Positions 1 to 11,035 of a DNA stretch of 64,000 bases are shown one piece after another (positions within the stretch are counted from its first letter, which is position 1; every line of letters begins with the position of its first letter). The translations under genes and the position numbers were made by a program. The DNA lies in assembly GCA_002269645.1 (NCBI GenBank), contig NIVC01001410.1, positions 62,001-126,000 on the forward strand, written 5' to 3'. Origin of the DNA: Macrostomum lignano (Eukaryota). The notes below the pieces were generated by a model. It made no database searches. It was not told the origin of the DNA and worked only from the letters and a program-made list of their open reading frames with translations.

Positions 1-640
1 AGAGAACCTCAACAACCTCACAGATGCACCGGAGATTCACGTATGTAGTTAGAGCTGAGAAAGAGAAACTATCGATAAAATCCTTTTTTAGAAACGCTTG
101 CCGAAAGTTAAGCCAATCTGTTGCATTGGTAAAGCATGCATTGGTAATGCACTGGTAATGCATTCGTAAAGCATGCGTTGTTAAAGCTAAACGTAGAAGC
201 ACCCGTGTTTTTAAGGCTCTTCATTACTTTTTTGAATAGTCAACTGATATTTTTCTTGCTTATTAAGCATTGATCTAAGAATTCTAAATAGGGCTTAAAA
301 AATTCTAGAAGACTGATGGTCACGCCTCAATCTCAGTTATGCTGGCTTGCCCGTGTTTTACGCTGGTATGTATGTCCACTTGCATTATATCATACGTTTG
401 TTGTATTTTCCGCAGACAGGTGATCGGGGTTCGGTCGGGTACGGGAGTGCCCAGAGCTTGCTGGGTATGAAAGGGTGGAAAGAGGCGAGCCCCGAGGCGT
501 ACAGACACTTTGGGGCTGAATTGGAAGTGGAGGGGCTGGGGGCGCGTACAGACACTCGTCCAGCCAGACACTCGTCCGGCAAAAGGGAGGTGCCGGTGAG
601 AGGCTGTGATCAGGTAGCCACTCAGCAGCAGCAGAGGTGA
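1..640 (+). other. Possible 3' exons of an unidentified gene entering from the left edge
   Basis: Donor CAC|GTATGT at 40/41, a possible 54-nt exon at 312-365 (AG...CTG|GTATGT), acceptor ttttccgcag at 415, an open frame to the stop at 640 and AATAAA near 683. No recognisable protein motif. Confidence 0.25.
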
Positions 641-1611
641 GCACGGCCGTCTGGAGGCGTACGGATCCACTACGCAGACCCCAATAAAGACTGTGACGAG
701 AGAAGAGATCTCGGAAGATGGCAATAAATGAAGGGTAACACTATCTTACCGGGAGGGATCACTTGCTGCGCTCATGTAGGCTAGCTAGTGGTAGATGGAT
801 TAGGGAGGGCTAGAGCCGGGCGAGGGCCGTGCGCGCACACATTAAAACAGGGTGAGAGCAGGGGCTGGGTGGGGCTAAGCCAAGCAGGGCTGGGGGTGGG
901 GGCAAAAAAACACACAGAGTTGAAGGGCGAGAGAAAGGAGGGGGGAGGCTAGCCAATCAGGTGCTTCCACGGAGAGAGACATGATTGGACTGGCCCAAAC
1001 GAAAGACGAAAAGACGCCAGCCAATGAAAATGAAAACAAGAAAAATAAAACGAAGAACGGAATCTCAAGACGGAGGGGGGAGGCAGACCAGAATGAACCA
1101 GCGGTAGAGAGAGAGGAGAGGCGGAGAGCGGGAGAGGTCGGGGCAAGGGCATTGTGAGGCGCAGCTCACGACACGTTTCTGACGGCTAATGGTATGCTAC
1201 GCTTACCGTGGCGAATCAAGACTCGTGGAGGGTTAAAAGCTCGAAATTTTCACGACGTCGAAAACTTAATATATACTTAGCAGTAGCAACATTGAAAATT
1301 CGCCACTATTTGCCCCAGTGAGCAGTGTCTTTGTTTATAGAGTTAGCCGCGCGCTAGCGTATCATTAACTTTAGCTTTGACTAGGCCTAATAAATCTTTT
1401 CTGATAGGACGAGTATGTGGCATTTTTTTTGAAATCTGAAAGAATCAATAAGATTCAAATATGAGATTAATATGACATGGGGGAAAGAAAACTCTATAAA
1501 CAGCATTTCATTGAACACAGCTACATGTAAAAGATCCGTTTGAACATTAGTAGCAATCTTGCCCCCCCCCCCTTCCGGGCGGCCAATTAGCAAGAGACGA
1601 AAATTATTGTG

Positions 1612-2592
1612 TATCCCCGTTGTAAGCCTTGACATCTTAGCAATTCCCTCAAGTCTTGAAATCTCAGAAATTCCCCGTTGTAAGCCTTGACATCTTAGCA
1701 ATTCCCTCAAGTCTTGAAATCTCAGCAATTCCCGTTGTAAGCCTTGACATCTTAGCAATTCCCTCAAGTCTTGAAATCTTAGAAATTCCCCGTTGTAAGC
1801 CTTGACATCTTAGCAATTCCCTCAAGTCTTGAAATCTCAGAAATTCCCCGTTGTAAGCCTTGACATCTTAGCAATTCCCTCAAGTCTTGAAATCTCAGAA
1901 ATTCCCCGTTGTAAGCCTTGACATCTTAGCAATTCCCCGTTGTAAGCCTTGACATCTTAGCAATTCCCTCAAGTCTTGAAATCTCAGAAATTCCCCGTTG
2001 TAAGCCTTGACATCTTAGCAATTCCCTCAAGTCTTGAAATCTCAGAAATTCCCCGTTGTAAGCCTTGACATCTTAGCAATTCCCTCAAGTCTTGAAATCT
2101 CAGAAATTCCCCGTTGTAAGCCTTGACATCTTAGCAATTCCCCGTTGTAAGCCTTGACATCTTAGCAATTCCCTCAAGTCTTGAAATCTCAGAAATTCCC
2201 CGTTGTAAGCCTTGACATCTTAGCAATTCCCTCAAGTCTTGAAATCTCAGAAATTCCCCGTTGTAAGCCTTGACATCTTAGCAATTCCCTCAAGTCTTGA
2301 AATCTCAGAAATTCCCCGTTGTAAGCCTTGACATCTTAGCAATTCCCTCAAGTCTTGAAATCTCAGCAATTCCCCGTTGTAAGCCTTGACATCTTAGCAA
2401 TTCCCCGTTGTAAGCCTTGACATCTTAGCAATTCCCCGTTGTAAGCCTTGACATCTTAGCAATTCCCCGTTGTAAGCCTTGACATCTTAGCAATTCCCCG
2501 TTGTAAGCCTTGACATCTTAGCAATTCCCCGTTGTAAGCCTTGACATCTTAGCAATTCCCCGTTGTAAGCCTTGACATCTTAGCAATTCCCT
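1612..2592. repeat. Composite minisatellite: 31-nt (aattccccgttgtaagccttgacatcttagc) plus about 28-nt (aattccctcaagtcttgaaatctcagaa) subunits
   Basis: Read directly. About 59-nt composite units on the left resolve into pure 31-nt units at the right end. Confidence 0.95.
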
Positions 2593-2744
2593 TCGCTTCT
2601 CTTTTGACATGACGCTTCTTTTACTAGTAGATATACGAGCTACATGCACGTATTGTTGAAAGCCAAACGTAGCTTGCATTTTTGCTCATGTAAAAAGCCT
2701 TGCTAGGCTTGCATAAATACGATCACAGCCTGGAGTGTCTTTTA

Positions 2745-2925
2745 GGCAGTCATTTTTGGCAGTCATTTTGCTGGCAGTCAAATTGCAGCAGTTATTTTGA
2801 TGACAGTTAAATTTATCGCAGTCATTTTGTCGGCAGTCATTTTGTCCGCAGTCAAGTTGCTCGGCAGTCATTTTGTCCGCAGTCAAATTGACCGCAGTCA
2901 AACTGTGGCAGTCAATTGTCGTAGA
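2745..2925. repeat. Degenerate short repeats of gcagtcattttg, possibly subterminal repeats of a non-autonomous element
   Basis: Multiple gcagtca(tttt/aa) copies at irregular spacing of roughly 13-22 nt. Confidence 0.6.
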
Positions 2926-3227
2926 CCCCATTTTTTGTTATACTATATAACATTCTTGTAATACGGTCGTGAGTGCCCGCCATTCGAATTATGATTTTTG
3001 TAAATGCAAGAAGACCCAGATCCATGCTTTAATATACGTTTGAAATTGGAAATTTTAATTTTCAACTAAACCGCTGAAGCCGGGTTCGCAGCACGAATGC
3101 AATCATTTTCATTACCAGAAAGGATTGTGAGGTCGAAAAATGAATTTATATCCGCCCACGCAAATTTTATCTATAAGATGTTGCCAACAGCGAAAGAAAA
3201 ACGAGCGCGCACGGTAGAATCTGAAAA

Positions 3228-4201
3228 ATGGCGGCCACCACTCACAGAAAAACGCTCAACGAATTCGAAATGAAAGGCGTCGTGTGGAACAACTACACCA
3301 CACCTGAGGTGCTGCGCCGATCTCTGGACTTTAGATTCCGACCGAGCGATGTTTGCGTGTGTACTTTTCCCAGGTGCGGCACAACGCTTACTCAGGAAAT
3401 TGTGTGGCAGCTTGTTCACCGAGACACCATCAAGCAAGGGGGCAAGTACGCTCCCATTGACCAACGGTTCCCGTTCCTGGAGTTCAACTACGGTTGGGGA
3501 GTCTCTGATCCCGTAAAGTGGGGCATCGACAGGTTGGAGTCGGCTGGCGAGGATGAGCAGCGCCTCATCAAGACGCACGTCCCGTACGCGTTAATTTCGC
3601 ACAGGTTAAACGAAGTGAAGCCTCGAGTGCTTGCCGTGCTGCGCAACCCCAAAGACTGCTGCAATTCGCTCTACCACTTCTACAAAGGCCTCGAGATGTA
3701 CGGGCCCTGGTCGGGAACCTGGGACGAATTTGTTGACATATTCCTGAGCGGCAAGACAATGTGCGGCGACTACTTTCAGGTTAGTTTCGTGAGGCTTTAA
3801 CCTGTTCAGATGCAAACTTTGATACCGCATTTATTTAATAGCTAACTCCGCGTACTTAGGTCTCTGCGGACTGGTGGCAGCTCGGGAATGAGCCGAACGT
3901 GCTGCTCTTGAAGTACGAAGATCTAGTCAGCGAACCTGCTGACAACATCCGGCGAATTGCCAAGCACCTGGGAATCAACCCGACAGAGGAGCAACTAGCC
4001 TGTGTGATGCACAACTGCAAGTTCACCTCCATGTTCAGCAACGACAATTTGAATACGACCTTTGGCACCGGGTTTCGATTTCTACGCAAAGGCCTCATCG
4101 GAGACTGGAAGCGCCAATTCACTGTGGCGCAGAGCGAGCGGTTCGATCGGATCGTTAGCGAAAGATTTTCGCCTCTTGGCTTGGAGTTTGCGTACGAATG
4201 A
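3228..4201 (+). CDS. Cytosolic sulfotransferase (SULT family), 2 exons, about 297 aa
   Basis: Exons 3228-3779 and 3860-4201 with an 80-nt phase-0 GT-AG intron. Motifs: 5'PSB TFPRCGTT, catalytic His IKTH, 3'PB RNPKD..SLYHF, KYEDL, RKGLIGDWK. Confidence 0.95.
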
Positions 4202-4507
4202 AGCCAAAATTTAATTATCGTTTCTGTGCCAGACAGCGAGGTGGCCGGGTTGTTAGCGATCGTAGAAACAAAATAATTAACACGAGCATACTTCTCAAAA
4301 TCTTTACTTTGCGGTGTCTGTTAGGTATGATGGTATTACGTAATGATACATGTATTTAAAATTAGCCAGCATATTCGCGAATGATCGCTGCTTTTACCTA
4401 CGTTTATAGCTGTCAACGCCTATATAAGTTTTGCGCGCTGCTGGCCTACGGTTCGATACGAGTTATTTCGTGGTACTTCACAAATCATAAAAGTCATTTC
4501 AACATTG

Positions 4508-5926
4508 TTATGCTGTAAATTCGATCAGCGGAGTTTCTTCGTTAATCTCCCGATCCCATTGCTCGTCGTCGATGCAGTCTTCCTGGTCAGAGATGTCGCC
4601 TGACAGGAACAGCATTACAGCCATTGGATAAGCCACGAATCGATAGTACGCCGAGCTAACGATTAGGAATGCAACAATAATCAAATGGTAGACATAGAAC
4701 ATGGGCGCCCGGCCCTGCGCCGGTTGCAGAACCGGGTTGTCCGCCGGCACGGCGCTAAGAACTGCTACTAGAGACTGACCGGCCAGAGTAGCGAGGCCCC
4801 ATACGGTGAAGCCGATCCCCATCACGAACAGCTTGCAGTGGTTTGGCGCAACGCCGTTCAGTATCTCAAAGGCGGCGATCACGGTCAGCAACTCGGCCGC
4901 ACCGTCCACTGCGGAGGCGGCCCAGAACACGGCCCGCACAGACAGGGCACGCTGAGGTGGGGACCGCGATACTAATATTAAGACGATTTCCACCAGGGCT
5001 TTGACAATGATTCCTCCCTGAAGCCGGAGCTCAATGGATAGATGCTTGGACGAGCGGTAGGCAACCAGCATTAGCAGCAGACTCCACACGATCTGACAAC
5101 TGACTTTCATTAACTCAGGTGAAACTAAACACTCGTTAGATTGGCCATTAGTGGTGTTAGTCGAATCAATTGATTCGATGTAGTGACGCATCTCAATAGT
5201 GTACACCAAACTTCGACTTCTAGCAACCGAAATTACAAACGGAATCATTGGAGAAAATATCTTGAAGTATCGAATCAAACGACCTGTCGTTGGAAATGTG
5301 AAACGGGCGCGCCGAACCAGGTCGTCAGTATTGATGTAGCGCGACATAGCGATGAACGCTATGCTGGCCACAATGCCAACCAAGGTGTAATAGTTCCCGA
5401 CGAGCTCCTCGGACATGGGCAGCACAATGCCGATGAACTCACCAAGCTTTACGGACAAAAAGTAGGCACCGCTGAGTATTGTCCAAATCCTGGGCTGAGG
5501 GTACCAGCGGTAGATGCAGTACACAATGCACGGCTGTATCAGGCCGTATAGAAGTGGAATAGGCGACCAGGCTGCCGTAACTAAAGCGCTTGAACTGCAG
5601 ATGAAATCGAAAAAGATTTCAACCATAAGAAGGATAGAGGACAGAAGCATCAGGTGACCGCAGATGTGAATTACAACCAAGTATCCCATGCAGGCATTAG
5701 CTAGCAGCCCGCCAAGCACTGGAAGAAGATACCTGGTGGAATAAATCCAAGAGACTGCTGAGCCTCGCGAGTCAAAGCACTGATCGCTCAGCCGGCACGT
5801 ACCGTTTACAGACAAAAATTTCCCCGGCGACAGTGTGCCGAACTGATTGTCCACGACCTTGCTGCACATCTTCATAAGCAGCACCACCAGAATGTCGACT
5901 GTGCTTTCGCGAAGCATCGCAAACAA
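4508..5926 (-). CDS. Divergent POT/PTR2 (SLC15-like) MFS transporter, intronless, 472 aa
   Basis: Long ORF with many hydrophobic segments. YLLPVLGGLLAN resembles the PTR2 signature (Y..P..GG.LAD). ELLTVIAAFEILNGVAPNHCKLFVMG matches the SLC15A4-type E....AGLEF.Y..AP.SM...MG block. Confidence 0.75.
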   Translation of the reverse strand: MFAMLRESTVDILVVLLMKMCSKVVDNQFGTLSPGKFLSVNGTCRLSDQCFDSRGSAVSWIYSTRYLLPVLGGLLANACMGYLVVIHICGHLMLLSSILLMVEIFFDFICSSSALVTAAWSPIPLLYGLIQPCIVYCIYRWYPQPRIWTILSGAYFLSVKLGEFIGIVLPMSEELVGNYYTLVGIVASIAFIAMSRYINTDDLVRRARFTFPTTGRLIRYFKIFSPMIPFVISVARSRSLVYTIEMRHYIESIDSTNTTNGQSNECLVSPELMKVSCQIVWSLLLMLVAYRSSKHLSIELRLQGGIIVKALVEIVLILVSRSPPQRALSVRAVFWAASAVDGAAELLTVIAAFEILNGVAPNHCKLFVMGIGFTVWGLATLAGQSLVAVLSAVPADNPVLQPAQGRAPMFYVYHLIIVAFLIVSSAYYRFVAYPMAVMLFLSGDISDQEDCIDDEQWDREINEETPLIEFTA

Positions 5927-7199
5927 AAAACCAAACGGTATAGATTAGTGTTCGAGCGGTTGTTGTTTTAAAACAGGCAAATTAAGGGTAACTATGCAAG
6001 GCAGAACAATATATAGACATTAAAGATGGCATCTCTTTTTGAAAGCAAAATTAGCATCCGAAATGCTATCAAGCAGACAAGTTGGCTCACAATAATGCAT
6101 TTGTCTTTCACACAAGACTCAATCTAGCAGTTGCCTACAGTACAGCCCAATGTCTAAAAATAAAAGATAGTACAAAGAAGAGCTGTACAAATCTTGCCTG
6201 GCTACACTGTAGCTATTCCTATGGATTCCATCTCTGCACTGTGCTACTGAAAAATGCGTTCATTCATACTGTACGCCAGCAGGGCAAGAATACTTGCGAG
6301 AAATATGACTCGCACTGTACTTCGCATTTTTACAATTCCACCACATCGGAAACTTGTGTTTCACTGGGACAAAAAGCTTCCTGTGGGGTACTTCATGAGT
6401 AACCTGCCAGTGCTAGAAATGTGACAAGTGAGCAGTGACTGAGCAGCGACGAAACGCTGAAGTCTCTTCACTTTCTTAATCCTAGCACTCGATTGTTCTG
6501 ATCGGGTGCAGCCCACATTGGTCATAGCTGAAGCAAATCTGTTGGACCGCTTCAGGAGAGGGGCAGAGGCACACCCAGGGTGTACATGCCTAACGGTTAG
6601 GTCAGTGGGACCATGTCGCTCACCCTCCTGCAAATATAAATTTACATAGCACTAAAAACATAAAATAACAACTGAAGTCACGCGCTGAAGAGTTATCTGA
6701 ATTTTTTCCAAGCACAGCAGCAAAGTGAAAGCGAGTGAAATAAATTAACTGAACTGGCTTTTTATTGAAGCAAAACGGCAAACTCGAAATTCCATTCGAA
6801 TCTGGTTCTGCAACATTCAGCAAGAGGAACAATGCTAATGCCACATGTTCGAGTATTACTTAAGCATGTGGCTCCGTCAATTCCGCAAACCAGGCTTAAT
6901 ACTCTGTCCGGCAAAAAGCCTGCATAGGTAACTACTGACTCGTAAGCGAATTGATTACTTACAAAATAAATTGTCCCTTTAATTCAAGCACTCACTGAAC
7001 CCTGCCCGTCTGTCTGTGCACTCGTGCTGGACCAATCACTGCAGAGTTGAATACTTTGTAAATGAAAATAAAATTACATAAGTCTCTCAAGCCAAAAGCT
7101 ATCAAAGCTCGCTTCATACGATCTCAGATGCTTGTTTTAAAAGCTTCTGAGAATTTCATACCTTCAGTTTAGCTTCAGGAATTCTAGAAAAATCATCTT

Positions 7200-7525
7200 G
7201 AACTCCGAAAATCTCAGGTGTCCATCTCAAACTCCGGAAATCTTAAATGTCATCTCAAACTCCGGAAATCTCAAATATCCATCTCAAACTCCCGGAAATC
7301 TCAAATATCCATCTCAAACTCCGGAAATCTCGAATGTCCATCTCAAACTCCGGAAATCTCAAATATCCATCTCAAACTCCCGGAAATCTCAAATGTCCAT
7401 CCCAAACTCCGTAAATCTCAAATGTCCATCTCAAACTCCGGAAATCTCAAATGTCCATCTCAAACTCCGTAAATCTCAAATGTCCATCTCAAACTCCGGA
7501 AATCTCAAATGTCCATCTCAAACTC
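7200..7525 (-). repeat. About 11 copies of a 29-nt unit that encodes the 4E-BP C-terminus EFEMDI* on the minus strand
   Basis: The plus-strand unit aactccggaaatctcaaatgtccatctca has the reverse complement ...TTT GAG ATG GAC ATT TGA.... The rightmost copy is the real CDS end. Confidence 0.95.
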
Positions 7526-7945
7526 GGTGCCTCCAGCGCCGCCACCATCACCGTTCACAGCCGCCGTGGATTCTGGCGAGCGAGCCGCGTGGACTCCATT
7601 CACAGCCGGTCCGCCTACGCCGCCGCCGCCGCCAGAGTTGCCGTCGCCGCCGCACGTGACGCCGGGAATCCTCGGCAGGCCGGCTGGCGGAGTCCGGGCC
7701 AGCGGGCAGTCCCGCCGGCTCAGCAGGAAGTCTCTATCGTAGATGACGCGGGTGCCGCCAGGCGTGGTGCCGAAGATGGTGCCGCCAGGGGTCTGAGAAT
7801 AGTTGCTAGGCAACTGCGAGCTGCTGGTCAGGCGGACCCGGCGGACTACGGGTACGGCTGCGGCCGCTGAGCCTGTCTGGTGACCTTCATTGTTATCGCC
7901 GCTGCTGCCCGCTGCCTGAGACTGCGATGACCGATTGTTGTGCAT
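7505..7945 (-). CDS. EIF4EBP: eIF4E-binding protein (4E-BP), single coding exon, about 146 aa
   Basis: [27 protein letters not shown] (TP phosphosites and YxxxxL-phi eIF4E-binding motif), RTPP..LP.IPGVT and the C-terminal TOS motif FEMDI. The ATG at 7945 in tccgccATG context is preferred over the TTA-started ORF at 7984. Confidence 0.95.
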   Translation of the reverse strand: MHNNRSSQSQAAGSSGDNNEGHQTGSAAAAVPVVRRVRLTSSSQLPSNYSQTPGGTIFGTTPGGTRVIYDRDFLLSRRDCPLARTPPAGLPRIPGVTCGGDGNSGGGGGVGGPAVNGVHAARSPESTAAVNGDGGGAGGTEFEMDI

Positions 7946-8319
7946 GGCGGACAGTGCAGTGGCAGTCAGCATAAATATTAACAAAATATCCCGAGTTTGC
8001 AGCTCTGCCTCTTACTGCCTAGTCCAATCCCAAATAGTGAAGCTGCATGCACCATCACAAGCAAATATCTTGTTAATAGCATTTAGATTTTAAAGTCATC
8101 ATTTAAGTATTTTAGGCAAGGTCTAATGCTTATAGCTCTAGAAATTGTATTTGCAACTAAATTCTATTCAAGGATTTTCGGTTCATTTGAATATTATGTT
8201 ATTTTTGTATATTTTTCCTTGCTAGGATCCAAATTTAGGTCAAGTTAGTTCAGTTTTGACATTTTGGGTTAATAAGGTTTGTTCTCTAGCGAAAAAAACT
8301 AATGTGGTGGCTCACCTAT

Positions 8320-10200
8320 GACTGAGTGAGCAAGAAAAGAAAAGCACACCATAAGCACTGGGGCAGCAAAGACACCAATACTAGAGGAGAGGACAAAGTT
8401 GAGGAGTGGAGAGTCTGGTCTGAGGAGCCCTCCCTGTCTGACCACTGCTTTATCGCCTTTAACATCGCGGACACTAAACCCCAGTCCTCGATCACTTGGA
8501 GGCGTAACATCCGCAACACTGATTGGGCAGCCTATAAGGCTATCCTTGATCTGCACCTGCAGGAACTCACGGACTTACGCCCGATTGAGACCTGCGAGGA
8601 TGTGGACCATGCGGCTGAGACGCTGACAGGTTGCATTATTGCAGCCTATGAAGCGGTCTGCCCTGTCCGTGCCTACAAAGGCAAGACCTCGGCGCCGTGG
8701 TGGAACCCGGAGCTGGGGAAACTCAGGCAGAAGGCCAAAAGCCTTCACCGCCGTGCCATGAAGACCGGAAACCCGGAGGACATGGAGCTATTCCGACAAG
8801 CCTCCCGCAACTTCAAATCTGAAGTGCGCAAGGCCAAGGAATGTAAATGGCGCCAATTCTGCAATGAGTGGATCAAGACAGACCTACTTCTAGGCTTGTC
8901 AAGGCCCTTACAATGGACAAAATGTCCAAATTAGCCATGATCAGAAAAGATGATGGCTCTCTTACTAAAGACCCATATGCTCAGCACATTCTTCCCGAGG
9001 GTACCCACTGCTAGATCGGAACCCAACCATTTGATGGATGGAGCCACCCTAGCGGCGGGCATTATCACTGAAGACTTAATCGGTCGTGCGGTCAGAACCT
9101 TCAAGCCCTTCAAATCTCCTGAACCTGATGGTATCTACCCTGTTCTTCTTCGTGAAGCAGCCAAGATACCCTCGTTCTTGAGACTTACCCGCAATCTCAT
9201 GCGGGCTTCTATCCAACTGGGATACGTTCCCAAGTGCTGGACCGAAGCTTGGGTAGTCTTCATTCCCAAACCTGGGAAGGGTGACTACCAGAGCGGCAAG
9301 GCCTTTAGGCCAATTAACTTAACGTCAGCAATGCTTAAGCTGACTGAGAGGCTTATTCTCTGGCGGCTGCTTTTATGCGAGCTGACAGCAATGCCTCTCA
9401 GCAATCATCAGCACGCCTTCCGTACCGGGAGGTCGACTGACAGCGCCCTGCATGCAATAGTCGAGAAGATTGAATGGGCGGTACTGGGTGACGGACCTGA
9501 CAGTTATGCCCTGGCTCCTTTTCTCGACATTGTTGGCGCCTTCGACAACGTTATCTTTGAAGTGTTTCAGAGGGCCCTTCAAAACCGCAAAGCTCACGCT
9601 ACCCTCATACGGTGGAATACCATACGGTCACTGCCCAACTTCTAGGGCAAACTGCCTCCACCAGAGTCTGTAAGGGTGGACCCCAAGGCGGAGTCCTCAC
9701 CCCGACGCTCTGGAACCTGGTCATGGACGCTCTTCTGGGCGACTCCCGACCTGATCCCATCTTCAAAGTCGGGTATGCTGACAACGTCACTGCCATTGTA
9801 GCTGGACCATCCCTCAGCATACTCAGGAATCTGATGCAGAGCTTTATCCGCAAAGCAGAATCCTGGGCCAATGACAATGGTCTGGAACTCTCTGAGCCCA
9901 AACCAGTTGCCATTATGTTTACCAGCAGAATACTCTGGAACATACGACCTCTGCAGTTATTTGGCAGAGATATTGCCTTCGCGCACTAGACCAAATGTAT
10001 CGGGGTCATACTTGACCACCGGCTCAATTGGTCCTTCCACGTGAAAGCAAAAGCCAAGCGTGCCTCAGCCATCCTGGCCCAGTTTTGATGAGCACTTGGC
10101 ACTTCTTAGGGTCTATCCCCAAAGCGGCTTTGGTGGATCTACACTTCCATAGTTAGACCTGCCATTACGTATGCCTCAGTTGTCTGGGTTAGCGCTACCC
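8320..10200 (+). mobile_element. Decayed non-LTR retrotransposon (APE plus RT; LOA/R1-like)
   Basis: Endonuclease end [87 protein letters not shown]. Frameshifts and stops present; both ends truncated. Clade call is from motif style only. Confidence 0.9.
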
Positions 10201-10224
10201 AGGTCATGCAGATTTGCCAAGCCA

Positions 10225-11035
10225 TGTAGATTTGCATGGCTTGGGTGCCCTACAACCTCACTGCAGACCAGCAACAGGCTTGTGTGAGCTGCGCTTGAAA
10301 TAGATCTACAAGGTTTTCAGTAGTTGGGGCTTGAATAATATCTTAAACTGCCTGGCTATTGAGGATGAAACCTAGTTCTACCTAGATGGCAAAGGCAGCA
10401 AGGCAGACAATTGCTGCTGGCTGGGAGCTAGAGACTCTAAGGTGACTATGACAAGGAGGTCTATATTGGACAAGAAGACTATGCTACTAGTGGCTTTCAT
10501 GCCAAACAAATGAGTCTCTATCTGCATGCACAACACTGCCAAATATCAAGGTCAATGGTTAGTATTTTATTGACATAGTCCAGCATACTAGGGATCTCTG
10601 GCACTCTTTCTAGTCAAAACTAATTCATCTGGACAAGGTTCTATGGCAAATAGAGAATGCATAGCCATATATCTATCTATAAGGCTATTTAAGATTTTCT
10701 GGCTAGATGGCATTGGCAAGTGAATCTGTTCTGGCAGAGTCCATACAGCTTGGACTTCAACTTGTGTAATAGATTTCTGTTCAAATAGTTAAAGGCTATA
10801 GTTATTGCAATGGGAGACACATTTAATGACACAAAACTATTCAGAAACATAGAACAACTTGTTAGGTAGACAGTGATCCAATTTCAATAGTGACTTTTCC
10901 AAGAAGAGTTTTACAAACCATGACAAGGTCAAAAAGGCTGTGTTGCACTAGTTCTAGCAGCTAGAGGTAAACCACTTGCAGGCTAAGGTAGAAAAGCTAT
11001 ATGAGCACTGCCAGAGGATGATTGATATTGGCATT
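10225..11035 (+). mobile_element. Highly decayed mariner (Tc1/mariner) transposase remnant
   Basis: Manual translation gives ICMAWVPYNLT (WVPHEL motif), LAIEDET*FY (TGDETW), KKTMLLVAF, ENA*PY (DNARPH), SPYSLDFNLCNRFLFK*LK (PYSPDLAPSDF.LF..LK) and, after an insert of about 100 bp, SFTNHDKVKKAVLH*F...EKLYEHCQRMIDIG. Confidence 0.85.
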
